A stretch of DNA of 64,000 nt from Eledone cirrhosa (taxonomy: Eukaryota). The position numbers were made by a program, and so were the translations under genes. Below are positions 47,229 through 61,664 of this stretch, piece by piece. The notes beneath the pieces are model-generated. The model saw only the letters and a list, made by a program, of their open reading frames with translations, was not told the origin of the DNA and ran no database searches. The stretch is taken from the NCBI GenBank assembly GCA_964016885.1, contig OZ024741.1, forward strand, positions 104,904,001-104,968,000, in the 5' to 3' direction. Position 1 is the first letter of the stretch. Every line of letters begins with the position of its first letter.

Positions 47229-47953
47229 GATTTCTTTATTGACCACAAGGGCTGACATCAAGAAAAACATTACAGACGGCATAAGACGGTACAGGACGGT
47301 ACTATGTGGGTTTTATGCGTGTAAAGATTTTTATCATTTATATAAGAAAAGAAAAAAAAAGGACATAGAAACATATATATATATATAAACAATAAAAGTG
47401 AAAATTGAAACAATGAAAAATTCCCCAATAGAGAAGAAACATCCGAGGGTTACTCGTGGCGAAAACCACACAAAAGACCACGGCCACCCTGACCACCAGG
47501 GCAAGCGCCCTCTCTCAATTTTTCCATTTCTCAAACTACAGGCGCATATTCAGAGCGGTCCCGTTCACTCGGACCATTCTCGCTACATTGACCCACCTTT
47601 CAACAAACTTGCTAGAAAGCAGCACTTGCCTCTCCACCCTGATTTTCCTCTTCAAGTGAAACTTGAAAAGTTAATTAGGGATTCGCCGAAGAGGGAAGTA
47701 TCTGTCTTTAACCCTTTCAAACTTGTCCACCACACAATCTCTTTCGCCATGGCCACCAGGCAGATGAAAACCGCCTGCCCTTCCTCCTCGAAGGAAGACG
47801 GCGAGACCATCTGCACAATGGACTCAGTCGATAACCGGATCAGTCCTACATGCGACAGCAACTGTTCGACATAGCTCCACAAGTCAGCAATGCTCGGATA
47901 CTGAACGAGTGCGTGCACGACGGTTTCGTCGCTCTGCGCGCATCTCGGACAGG
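47229..47953 (-). mobile_element. 5'-truncated related Tx1 copy (ORF2 C-terminus and 3' UTR)
   Basis: HALVQ.PSIADLW..VFICLVAMAKEIVWW; end TTTCTTTATT.ACCACAAGGG as at 41273. Confidence 0.88.
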
Positions 47954-48210
47954 ATAATAATGTTTCTACTTTTGCACAAGGCCAGCAATTCCGCCAATGA
48001 TTACTAGTGCTTAAGCACCATCCAAGATTTCAAGGCCCAGTATTAACCACAGCCCCAGAATACAAGAGGCATTAAAATTGTGACCTATCTCCAGGGGCTT
48101 ATACATGCACCATTGTTGTTCCGTGTATGAACATTGATAAATAATATATTTCTGCTCTCTTCTCGATTCCTTTTCACACCTGCGGATATTGCTACACACA
48201 CACACACACT

Positions 48211-48313
<103 letters not shown>

Positions 48314-48524
48314 TCACACTCACTCACACATGCACACACACACACACTCACACACACACACACACACACTCACACACACACACACTCACACACACACTCA
48401 CACACATATCTATCTATATATATAGAGAGAGTGAGAAACAGAGATGTATGTGCGTGTTTGTATGTACATATATATGAATATATTTAAATGTATATGTGTG
48501 TTTACACATACACACATACTCACA

Positions 48525-48561
<37 letters not shown>

Positions 48562-48570
48562 GCATATATG

Positions 48571-48725
48571 CAGAGTGGGGTTTACGTATAAGCTAAACAA
48601 GCTATAGCTTAGGGCCCCACACAAAACACAGCGACAATTTGTCGCTGACATAGGACACCTGGACACATAAAGGGCCCCATTATCTCAAATAGCTTAGGGC
48701 CGCATCAAATCTAAATCCGGCCCTG
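48571..48725. mobile_element. hAT-type MITE
   Basis: Imperfect TIR CAG..../..AAATCCGGCCCTG; 8-bp TSD CATATATG (48563-48570, 48726-48733); related end at ~7360-7412. Confidence 0.7.
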
Positions 48726-49296
48726 CATATATGTGTGTACAAATGCATATATGTATGTACATACACATATATGCGTGGGTGGAATGTATATTACCGCATT
48801 ATTTAAACCGAGTTATAACGCGGAATAGTAATAATAATAATAATAATTGAAACAAAAAATAATATATTTATGTGGATTTATTTAAATAGTTAGGATATCA
48901 TGAAGTCAAGAGAGAGTGAGAAATTTGAAGAGCTGACTATTGTTGCAGAATAAAATATGAAATCATCAACCAAATGTTTCAAGTCACTTGAATTGAGTTT
49001 GATATCTGATTCTAAATTTAGTTACAACTCAATGATCGGTGACTGATGTTGAGTTTGGATCCGTTTCCAATGAAAACCTCTAATCAGGTTTTACTATTTG
49101 CACCACTAAATACCATTAAAATCAGAATGAAACGTTTCATTGAGTAGAGTAATACTGTTGTTGTGCTTGTTGCGTTTGTTGTTTTTATAGTTGTTTCGTC
49201 AGGCAAATACTTGAATGACGAGGAAATGGCATTCTTCTGTTTTACAAGAACTAACTGAGGAAACGAGAGATGAGTTCACTACTTTTTATCTATGGT

Positions 49297-49392
<96 letters not shown>

Positions 49393-49456
49393 ACCTTTTC
49401 TATATATATATATATTTATCTCTATCTCCTTTCACTCACTCGCTGAACGCACACAC

Positions 49457-49570
<114 letters not shown>

Positions 49571-52265
49571 GTGTACATATACTTGTATTTATATACACAA
49601 ATATTTATATTTATCCGTATGTACATGTATATGAATATATGCCCACTTTATATAAATAGATGTGTGGATATGTGTGTGTGGGTGTATGAAAGCATCAAAT
49701 AACGTATATTTTATCCCGTTTCATGCGCTAACCTAACTTCATATTTTTAAATGTACACGCGTGTCTTTTATTTTTACTAGTTTCTACTATGGGATTGATG
49801 CCACACCGGGGCAACATATTTAATGATTTTTATCAATTACATCGACTCCAGTACTTAGGTACTCCTTGTATCGATCATTATATATCGTGAGTTAACAAGC
49901 GTTTATTTAGTGATTATATCTCCCTATCTATACCTATATCATATGTATTTAAGGATCTATATCCTTATACCCCAATTAAAACATTGAACTATATATACAT
50001 ACACACACTCGTTAAATAAATAAAGAAACTGCTTTGTTCCATAGAATTATGAGTGGATTCAGACAGTTAAGTTTCAAAAGGCCTAACAAATGGAAAAGGG
50101 GAAAATATTGTGTACAAACACGCTTATAACGAGGAAAAAACATTTTTTTTTCTTTTATCAGTTGAAGATTGGTCCAGAATTGAACTCATCTAAATATTAT
50201 AACTTGATACTCCCCTGAGAATATTTACAATACAAACGAAGTCTTCATTTTCGTGATCATAATCATTTGTTAAAAAATGAAAATACTGAACGAATTGAAT
50301 TGTTATAAAAACGGTTCTGTATTGTGTTAATATAAAAGGGACAGAAAAAAGAGATTATAATGTTTAGAAAAAGATAAAAATCCTCTGTGTTTTAAGGGTG
50401 TCAAATGTTTACCCCTCCTTTTTGTCCTAGTATAAATTTGTGAATGACTGGAATTATTTTTAAGAACAGGTTACTTGAGTAGGATATGGAAATAAAGTGA
50501 AACGTTGTCTTGTTAATTGACAATTGCACGGCACAGGGCAATAATTGTCATGAAAATATCCCAAAGTAGTTGTCCCTTTTTCAAACGTTAATTCAGCCAT
50601 GAAACTACGACATTATAACTTTTAACAGAATTCATTGATGATCAAAGCCAATCTGAAGCAAATGCAATTGATTTTCCTTCTTGTGGTGTTACATTTGCTT
50701 CCAATATCTTAAAAGCAAATCTCCGAGGACTATTGAAATTGTTTTATTAAAGATGTTAGATGTTATTACTAATGGAATTCTTGCAAGAGACCCACACGAT
50801 ATTCAAGATAGAAAATGAATGAACTTAGAGCCAGATTCTGAATTAAAATCACAAATATACGAAGACCATTAAAAAAAGGTATAGCAAAAAATTAAAGGTA
50901 GTTGAAAATCGACGCTAAATTTCAATTGCTTTGGATAACACCAAAAATATCTTTATTTAACAATTAAAAAAATAAGTTTGCTCTATAACAATTTTCTATG
51001 CAGAGAGATCATTGACAGCAAAACATTTTCATATCTATTATGAATTTATCATCAAATAATGTAATGTGCTTTCTCCACTGAACATTTCTAATAATTTTGA
51101 AAATAATCAAGGATTTGGAGAGATTTTGTAATATAACTAATTTCCTTATTATTAAGCATGTGTTTGGAGCATAACTTAACAAAGGTTGTTGTATAAAATC
51201 ATAATAGTTTTGTAGTGTAGAGCTAGTAGTGGTTTCAGACGGTTTGGTGTCAAAGGGGTTACATTTGCAATTAATATAATTAGTTATAATAAAATATGAA
51301 ATGGTTATATCAAATCTGTAGTAATATTATTGAACATTATAGTCAGTATTAATGTAAAACTAAGTTAAATAAGGCACTAAACCAGGGGATAAGTGCATAT
51401 TATTTGATAACATTTCACGAGCGGCTCCTTCACATTAATTATTGTAGATCAATTAAGATTATGCCACATAAATGGGTGTGCTTCAGAAACTCTTTATTAT
51501 TAGCTCAAATGTGTTTGTTGTACAAAGTAAAGGATTAAAATCTTTAAATGCACGAATATTTAAACGCAGCAATTTCGTGTCAAGACAGATATCTCTAGAA
51601 ATCATGTAGGCGATAGAAGGCTTAATGTCCAACACAACATATATATGGCTTAAGTGAATCATTGGACGGAATGCTCTTATAATATGTTGGAAACAGAAAT
51701 GTTATAGGATAAGCTGTACAAACACAACAGTGAATTTGTATGATGATAAGAGTACAGCATTTTTGTTTGTCTGTCACACACAAACGCCACGATCTGAATT
51801 TTTTCTTCAGAATTCATGGAACACAAATGTAAAACAAATAAATGGGGGTGAAGGTGGTGGTAGTAGCGGGAGAGGGGGAGCACAGTTGTTCTTAAATGTA
51901 AGCATAAAGAAGCAATAAGGAAATACGAAAAATCTTTAATAAGAAAGATCAAACTGGAGCACAGTTGTTTTCAATACATATGAATAAGTATGTCTCTCTC
52001 CGTTCTTTCTCTCTTCCTCTCTCTCCCCCCTCTCTCTCTCCCTCTCTGTATATATATATGTGTGTGTGTGTGTGTGTATGCATGCATGTATGTATGTATA
52101 TATATACACACACATACATGCATATATATATCGACAGTCGATCGACTTTCGTCAAATCGGACCGAGGAAACAATGTTTCCATTGGTCTTTCCAATTGCTA
52201 ATACTATCTATCTCTCTATATATATATTTATATATATATGTTCCCTATAATTATGAAACACCCTA

Positions 52266-52361
<96 letters not shown>

Positions 52362-54463
52362 TAGGGTGTTTCATAATTATAGGGAACATTTTCTTTAGTT
52401 GAAATTACCTCAAGTCTATTCGTTTTAGATAAAAGTTACACATGCGAAAATATGAAGAGATACGGATATATTTAGGGAGTGCGTAGTTTTGTGCTTTTTG
52501 AATGCTAGGCAAGAAAAAAATGGACAAAATTTACTTCAACACTTGTTGATTGTACCCAGGTTGCATTATTTGTCCATCATCGTTTGTACATGTAGGATAC
52601 GTTTCTACCGTTTATAGGATACTAAACGAAAAAGACATGAACAATAAACTTAAACTAAGTATGTAGAAATATTTGTACATTAGTAATTTGTTTTCATTTT
52701 TCGTACAAAGAAGTATTTGATATAACGTTGATGGGGTGAGCTTTTCAATATTTGTTTTGATAATTTAACAAGATAATAAATTAAAAATAAGTTTCTAATA
52801 CAAGGTTCATTGCATTGTTGGGTCAGTGCTGGCTTTGTTAGCGAATGGTAAACACGCTGGTTTTCGTCAAGTACCAACCGCTGTTATAAAGTTATGAAAT
52901 AATTTTCTTGTCTTTTGATTTTCATAACCTGAATAGGTTCCAGAAATGTAAGAACTCAAAGGATTGTTAAAATAAAATTGATAGATTGATTTTGCTTTTC
53001 ATCTTTCACAATGAATGAAAAAATGAAAACCAGAAAGTCCATTTCGCAGCTTAAGAAAAAAGCCCTAGAGGGGGTTACCTCAGAGTCGACTCCGCTCCAA
53101 GCAACAAATGCTCTTGTGTTTACTTACCAACACGTCTAACTTGGAGAGACAATTTCAGTTGCCATAAAAAACACTAGTCAGAAGATCCAGAAAGTATGGA
53201 GAAAAGCAAATATCCATACGAAAACGGGAAAAACATCTGCACTTCAATCGAGAAATTGTATAAGGAGTAACAAGGACTGAAAAAAAGAAAAATCAAGGAT
53301 GACTGACAAACAATTGCAAAGTGTGAGATTTGGAAATATGATCTCGAGGACATTTTTGACATTGCAAGCCAGAATGTTCTTGAACGAAAAGATATCCCAT
53401 CTGAAGACAAAGCTTTCCTTGAGACACAGCAAGAAGATAGGATCTCTTCATTCATGGCTGCTGTTAATACAGAACATATGAGGGCCATTCAGAAGAAGGA
53501 AAAGAAGATTCACGATATAAAAGTAAGAAAAAGAAAGCAGGATGAAGAAGTCAAGATGTCCGAGAAAGTAGCTCTTGAAAGTTCGTCCTCTAGTTCAGTT
53601 ACTAGTGATGATGATGATGAGGATGATGAAATCTTTAAGACCCTGAAAATCACTACAAATAAACAAGTCTCTCGACGCCACTCTTGTTGCCAGTGGGAAC
53701 GGGAGAATATTTCGGCATAACAAGCAATTACTTCTTACATCTCAATTGCGGAGAGGCTCGGTCATGATGTGTCAGAACTTTCGATTTCTCACTCAACTAT
53801 TTATCGAACAAGAACCCGTCACTGTGAGACGATGGCTCAGGAAATTGAGTTATCCACTTTCCCACCTGAAAACAGATCCTGGCTAATCCTCCACTGGGAT
53901 GGAGAATCATTACTATCGGCTTGCCGATCCAGCACACTCGAAGATCAGATTACAGTTTTAATTACAGCGAAAGGGAAGGAGGAGCTCTTAGGTGTTCCTA
54001 TTGCGAGAGTTCTCCTTCTCGGTCCCAGGAGCTCACCACCAAGCTCATTGGATGGCTAAGTGATCAAAATAGTTCTGTTCAAAGAACAACTTAAGCTTAT
54101 ACCACGTGAGTCAAAATTTCTAGAAAAAGTCATTTCTGATAATAAATTTCATTCATAAAAAGTGTTTTTCTCCCTGATAGTATTATGCATTTAGAAAGTA
54201 TTCCTCCTGTTTATTTTCATTTCATTTCGTTCTGTCGTCTGGTTTCCTCACTGGATTCAATAAAGGGAACAGAAAGGACAATATATTACAAGCCAGATCG
54301 AAAGCCATCGTCATAAATAGAAAGATGTAAAAGAAAGATGTAAAGAAATATGTAAATATTATTCGATTGACCTATAATTCGAAATACTTCGTTATCTGAA
54401 ATCAAACGCGGGCGTAATCGAGATGAGGTGATTGGTGAATAGTTTGCAAAATGAAACACCCTA
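52362..54463 (+). mobile_element. Decayed TIR DNA transposon, probably hATm-like
   Basis: TIR TAGGGTGTTTCAT / ATGAAACACCCTA; transposase remnants 53000-54130 (SHSTIYR, LHWDG, LLGVP). Group call from memory. Confidence 0.7.
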
Positions 54464-54480
54464 ATATATATATATATACA

Positions 54481-54630
<150 letters not shown>

Positions 54631-54871
54631 ATAAACAAAATATTAATTTAAGAAACAACTTTAAAAGCTAAGTACAGATAATGTAAGAAGTGTATGGTCG
54701 TACTGTGTCGTGGTAAAAGTTGCATGGATTTAATTGACAGTTAATATTTACAGAACTGTAGCAAAGTTATAAAAGCAAAGTAATTAATTTTTTTTGTCTT
54801 ACTTTTAATTGTTATATCGACATCGAATGGATGAATGGCAAAGTTGAACTGAGAGAGCAGAGAGCCAGAAC

Positions 54872-54920
<49 letters not shown>

Positions 54921-54925
<5 letters not shown>

Positions 54926-57900
54926 AAGATGAATATAAAATGAAAGTGCTTTTTTTAAAAAGGAATTTATGAGGTATTGACATATGTTTCTGTAACAGAC
55001 GGATTACCTATGTATCGCTGTTTGCGTAATCATATAATGTTAGCAAGTATTCGATAGCAAATGTATAATCAGTTGTCACTTCTTCGGAGATTTTGGATAA
55101 ATTGGATAAAATCAGAAAAATTGAAGTATTTATATTAGTAATAGAGGAAGAAGAGAGGGGATAGTATATGACAGATGGTAATTCAATTTACTGCTAAACA
55201 AGTATATAAAGGGTTTCTAATGGGAATACCATGAGTAAATGGTTCATTTTATCTAAATAAGAATTTTTGGGAGTGCCAATTTTAATCTCTACTTGACCAA
55301 TTGGACAGTGGACAGGGCTGGTCATTTGGTGTAGTAGTATTAATTATAAAGTGTCAATTGGGGAAGGGGGAGATTTCGATTGCTACTGAATAACATCGAT
55401 GCTAGTAGCCAGCTGGTATATGCATTAGGGAATTGAATGAAGAAATCAGAAATCTCATTTTATCTATAGCAGTTTATATTAAATGGTAAATAATAGAAGA
55501 GTTGATAGAATTAAGACTAATAGAGAATGTTAATATCTATTTTGACAATCAAACGGAGATAGAGACAGGCGTTCAATCCTGGTAGTATTTATAATATGAA
55601 AATGTAGATTTTAAGCGATGGTTACAGTATAACGATCGCTCTATTCTGTTATTTAATAAAATGTTTTTAGATTTCATAATACAAAATAATTCCACATTAC
55701 ATAATTTACAAAATTCCTGTCCGTGGGAATATGGGGGGGGGGGGGGGCGCAGCGCTGTTATATCCCATATTAGGTGAAATTGTTGGTTATTTTCACGCGG
55801 CTGCCAAGCCTTGTCTGCGAGTGTTGTTACATAACGCTGGTTTTCATGTTTTATCGAGTAACGATGTCTATAAAGGCGTGATTTGAAGGAAGTGGCTGTA
55901 GATCCCACATAGTACCACTTCTGTCTATCCGATTCGATAGTACATTTGTATACGATGTTGCGTTCAAGACACTGATTGTTCAACGGACACATTCCTGGTT
56001 GGACACAGTTGCAATTATAATTTTGCGTTGTTGTATTGTCATGGATGGGTTGATGAGGTTGCTCAGGTAGGACAGGATGTTGTTTGTTGTTTTGTGATGT
56101 TATAGCTAATGTTTTACGTGTATTGTTATGTGTTGGAAGGCGTTTATACAACCGTTTTGCGTTAAGCTTTTTTATATGTTGTTTAATATTAGGGGCGGTT
56201 GAATATGAAAGTCGAATAGTGTTAGGGTTTAAGATTTTATTATATTTATGTGATGTTGGAAAGTGTTTTTTAACTAATCGAAAGAATTGTGAGGGTAGAT
56301 TGGTTTTAATAGAGTTGTTATAGACCGGGTTGTACCAAATCTACTCTTTACATCGCCTTCTGTTTGGTGGTGTGCGACTATTATTGTGTCTATTGCGGTA
56401 GTGTATGTATGGTGGTGATTCTGTGCTATTTCTACTCTTATGGGATTTATTTTGGGTGTTTTGGTGATCTTCGACTATATACTCTATATTATCTAGGTGT
56501 CCGGCTTTCCTAAGTGCATCATCATAATATTCGGCATGTTCTTTGAAGGTTTGTTGGTTGGACGATAGGCGGGAGATTCTAAGAGAAACATTTCTAGGGA
56601 TGGATTTAATTATAGAGAGTGGATGGTTAGAACTCGTATTTACATATTTAAGGTTCTCATTTAGTTTATGGAACGGTTTAATCGTATCTGTATTAAGATT
56701 CAAAGTAACATCAAGGAAATTGACCTCTTTGAGGTTATATTCAAATGTAATATTTAATCCTAGTTCCTTAAAAAGCTTTCTGATATTTTTACGCATCCTT
56801 TCTAAATTCTGGTTATTCATATGCTTAACTAATAGGAGCGCATCATCACGGTAGATTCCACCGTGGAGATCCTTGAATTTTCCTTGTAGTCTGTGGGTGA
56901 TATAAATTCCCACAAGATCTGTTACTTCCGCCGAATCATTAGAACCCATAGTAATATCAAAATTAGAAGGTCTATCTTTGCGAACCCAGTAGCTATCATC
57001 GAATTTAACTATAGTTTTCCTCGCTTCCATAATAATTTTAATTTCAGCATCCGTAAGGTCGGAATTAGCCTTAGCGAACGAAAGAGCTTCATGTAGAGTA
57101 TCAGGTGAAATTGAGGAATAATATTCATCAATATCAAACTGAATAAATTTTGATTTTTTTTCTTATCAGTAATGTTATTAAACCATCTTATTGCTTCATG
57201 AGTGTTACCCCATAGTTTAATTTCTACCTTAACCTTAACTTGGGGGATAATTCTGTCTAGTATATATTTGATAATTAGCCTATATCAGATTTAGAGGGGC
57301 ATATAAGTCTAATCTTAGGGTTAGTATCGAAGTATCGAAGACTTATATGCCCCTCTAAATCTGATATAGGCAAAATTATCAAATATATACTAGACAGAAT
57401 TATCCCCCAAGTTAAGGTTAAAGTAGAAATTAAACTATGGGGTAACACTCATGAAGCAATAAGATGGTTTAATAACATTACTGATAAGAAAAAAAATCAA
57501 AATTTATTCAGTTTGATATTGATGAATATTATTCCTCAATTTCACCTGATACTCTACATGAAGCTCTTTCGTTCGCTAAGGCTAATTCCGACCTTACGGA
57601 TGCTGAAATTAAAATTATTATGGAAGCGAGGAAAACTATAGTTAAATTCGATGATAGCTACTGGGTTCGCAAAGATAGACCTTCTAATTTTGATATTACT
57701 ATGGGTTCTAATGATTCGGCGGAAGTAACAGATCTTGTGGGAATTTATATCACCCACAGACTACAAGGAAAATTCAAGGATCTCCACGGTGGAATCTACC
57801 GTGATGATGCGCTCCTATTAGTTAAGCATATGAATAACCAGAATTTAGAAAGGATGCGTAAAAATATCAGAAAGCTTTTTAAGGAACTAGGATTAAATAT

Positions 57901-59837
57901 TACATTTGAATATAACCTCAAAGAGGTCAATTTCCTTGATGTTACTTTGAATCTTAATACAGATACGATTAAACCGTTCCATAAACTAAATGAGAACCTT
58001 AAATATGTAAATACGAGTTCTAACCATCCACTCTCTATAATTAAATCCATCCCTAGAAATGTTTCTCTTAGAATCTCCCGCCTATCGTCCAACCAACAAA
58101 CCTTCAAAGAACATGCCGAATATTATGATGATGCACTTAGGAAAGCCGAACACCTAGATAATATAGAGTATATAGTCGAAGATCACCAAAACACCCAAAA
58201 TAAATCCCATAGGAGTAGAAATAGCACAGAATCACCACCATACATACACTACCGCAATAGACACAATAATAGTCGCACACCACCAAACAGAAGGCGATGT
58301 AAAGAGTAGATTTGGTACAACCCGGTCTATAACAACTCTATTAAAACCAATCTACCCTCACAATTCTTTCGATTAGTTAAAAAACACTTTCCAACATCAC
58401 ATAAATATAATAAAATCTTAAACCCTAACACTATTCGACTTTCATATTCAACCGCCTCTAATATTAAACAACATATAAAAAAGCTTAACGCAAAACGGTT
58501 GTATAAACGCCTTCCAACACATAACAATACACGTAAAACATTAGCTATAACATCACAAAACAACAAACAACATCCTGTCCTACCTGAGCAACCTCATCAA
58601 CCCATCCATGACAATACAACAACGCAAAATTATAATTGCAACTGTGTCCAACCAGGAATGTGTCCGTTGAACAATCAGTGTCTTGAACGCAACATTGTAT
58701 ACAAATGTACTATCGAATCGGATAGACAGAAGTGGTACTATGTGGGATCTACAGCCACTTCCTTCAAATCACGCCTTTATAGACATCGTTACTCGATAAA
58801 ACATGAAAACCAGCGTTATGTAACAACACTCGCAGACAAGGCTTGGCAGCTGCGTGAAAATAACCAACAATTTCACCTAAAATGGGATATAATAGCGCTG
58901 CGCCCCCCCCCACCCCCCACCCCATATTCCCACGGACAGGAATTTTGTAAATTATGTAATGTGGAATTATTTTGTATTATGAAATCCAAAAACATTTTAT
59001 TAAATAACAGAATAGAGCGATCGTTATACTGTAACCATCGCTTAAAATCTACATTTTCATATTATAAATACTACCAGGATTGAACGCCTGTCTCTATCTC
59101 CGTTTGATTGTCAAAATAGATATTAACATTCTCTATTAGTCTTAATTCTATCAACTCTTCTATTATTTACCATTTAATATAAACTGCTATAGATAAAATG
59201 AGATATCTGATTTCTTCATTCAATTCCCTAATGCATATACCAGCTGGCTACTAGCATTGATGTTATTCAGTAGCAATCGAAATCTCCCCTTTCCCCAATT
59301 GACACTTTATAATTAATACTACTACACCAAATGACCAGCCCTGTCCACTGTCCAATTGGTCAAGTAGAGATTAAAATTGGCACTCCCAAAAATTCTTATT
59401 TAGATAAAATGAACCATTTACTCATGGTATTCCCATTAGAAACCCTTTATATACTTGTTTAGCAGTAAATTGAATTACCATCTGTCATATACTATCCCCT
59501 CTCTTCTTCCTCTATTACTAATATAAATACTTCAATTTTTCTGATTTTATCCAATTTATCCAAAATCTCCGAAGAAGTGACAACTGATTATACATTTGCT
59601 ATCGAATACTTGCTAACATTATATGATTACGCAAGCAGCGATACATAGGTATTCCGTCTGTTACAGAAACATATGTCAATACCTAATAAATTCCTTTTTA
59701 AAAAAAGCACTTTCATTTTATATTCATCTTTTCTACATTTTCTCCGGAATATAATTTATACTCGTTGAGCAAACCTACACGTACGCTGTTCATCTCTAAC
59801 GTAACGATATATTATCACTACATTATTGATAACCTGA

Positions 59838-59841
<4 letters not shown>
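54921..59841. mobile_element. PLE head-to-head palindrome: 2.4-kb arms (54921-57310 / 57340-59735) of a 5'-truncated defective element
   Basis: Mirror ORFs 56341-57030/57620-58309 and 55573-56151/58499-59083 (YRDD, CNCVQPGMCPLNNQC, YVGST, CKLC..CNH). Confidence 0.95.
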
Positions 59842-59889
<48 letters not shown>

Positions 59890-59891
<2 letters not shown>

Positions 59892-61652
59892 AGAAGAAGT
59901 TTATGAAATGGAAATGCGGGTATAAAGAATTTATTAGATAACAATTGTTTCTATAGTGTATGGGTTACCTATACCTCGCTATTTGAATAATATATACCTC
60001 GCTATTTGAATAATATAAAAATATTATCATAAACCGAAGGTACACTGTAAGCAAACACACCATGTCGTCAGACCTTTGTATTGGAATGATATGAAAATAT
60101 TTTATACACTAGATAAAAAAGAAAGAAGGAGGTAGGAAGAGAAGGGGGAGAGGGAAGTGAGTAAGGGGGAGGGAGTCCTAGGATTTAAGACTGTCAGACT
60201 AGTAGAGATTGTAAGGAGAGAATGTTTTGGCAGCAGTTAGCTTAATCAGGCGTGTTAGGGTTGGCGGGGGAAGTAAATTCTTCTAGTGGTGTTGTTCGGA
60301 CAAAATTTAGTTAAAGGGGTCAAAGTGGTACAGAGTTACAGACAAGTTATTGGGGCTATTATAGTAGCAGGTTATTTCTAAAGGGGTCCAGAAAACAGTG
60401 TTTAGTACTATTATTATGGAAAGCCATATCTTGTGTATAAACTTATAAAACAGAAATTTGCAAACGGTGGTGTAAAAAGGTAACATTATATGCATTTAAA
60501 AAAAGAAAAAGTCGTTTTCAAACGATGGTTACAGTATAGTGAACGTTCAATTTTGCTGTTCAAAAGTTTGTTTATCGACGTTAAAATGCAGTATATCTCC
60601 AAATTGTATAATTGACAGAATCGATGATTTTGCTTATATGCAGGCGCAGCTGCAATAATTTGCCAATCAAGGGAGAATACTTGATTGTTCCTCCGGAGCT
60701 GCCAGGCTTTATCGGCGAGGGTTGTTACGGAGCGCATTTTGCTCGTGCCTGATCGAAGATCGATGTTGGTATAGGCGAGCTTTGAAAGAAGTTGCGGTAC
60801 ATCCGACGTAATACCATTTGTTGGTTCCGGAATTTATTGTACATCGGTAGACAATATTGCGTGCTAGGCACTGGTTATTCAGTGGGCACGTACCTGGTTT
60901 GGTGCAGTTACAATTATTTTTATGTTTTGCAGTAGAATCCTGGATAGTTTGGTGGGGTTGTAGTTGCGTGTTAGTGCGTTGTATGTTACTATGCTGGTGC
61001 GCTGAGTCATTAGGGATGTGCTTATTTAGTATTGCTGAGTTGAGTTTTTTAATTAGTTGTTCTATGTTAGGTGCAGTGGAGTATGAGAGTCTAATGGTGC
61101 GCGAGTTAAAGATTTTATAGTATTTATGTGAAGTTGTAAAGTGTTTATTGATTAGTGTATAGAATTGTGAGATAATCTTAGTGCTAATAGAAGTATTGTA
61201 CACGGGGTTATACCATATGTACTCTCTACGTCTGACTCTATTTGCTGGTTTGCACCTATTAGTATGCCTATTGATGTGTGTGTGTGGTGCAATACTAGTT
61301 CGACTTAGATGTGTTTTATTCATAGTACTTATGTGGTTATCGTCTAGATATTCTATTTTCTCGCAGTAACCAGCTTTTCTAAGTGCGTCATTATAATATT
61401 CAGCATGCTCGTTGAAGGTCTGCAAATTAGACGACAGTCGGGAGATCCTTATGGATATATTTTTAGGGATAGATTTAATAATGGAATGGGGATGGTTCGA
61501 TTTTACATTAACGTACTTGAGATTTTCATTAAGTTTGTGAAATGGCTCTATATTACCGTTATTAAGGTTGAAGGTGACATCCAAGAAGTTGACCACCTTA
61601 AGATTGTGTTCGAAAGTAATATTAAGCCCTAGTTCTAAGAAGAGTTTCCTAA
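59890..61652 (-). mobile_element. PLE 3' half (thumb plus GIY-YIG, frameshifted) related to the palindromic family
   Basis: IRKLFLELGL, FLDVTF, SNHP, EYIWYNP, CNCTKPGTCPLNNQC, YVGCT, CNH. Confidence 0.9.
59936..60075 (-). ncRNA. Hammerhead with ~100-nt stem II region
   Basis: aggt-CTGACGA-c-ATGGTGTGT...ATACACTAT-a-GAAA-CAATTG-TT-atct. Confidence 0.6.
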
Positions 61653-61664
61653 TGTATATATATA

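Noticed and set aside
49700-51950. Host exon or decayed transposase
   Set aside because: AT-rich, with no convincing ORF or motif I can support; left unannotated.
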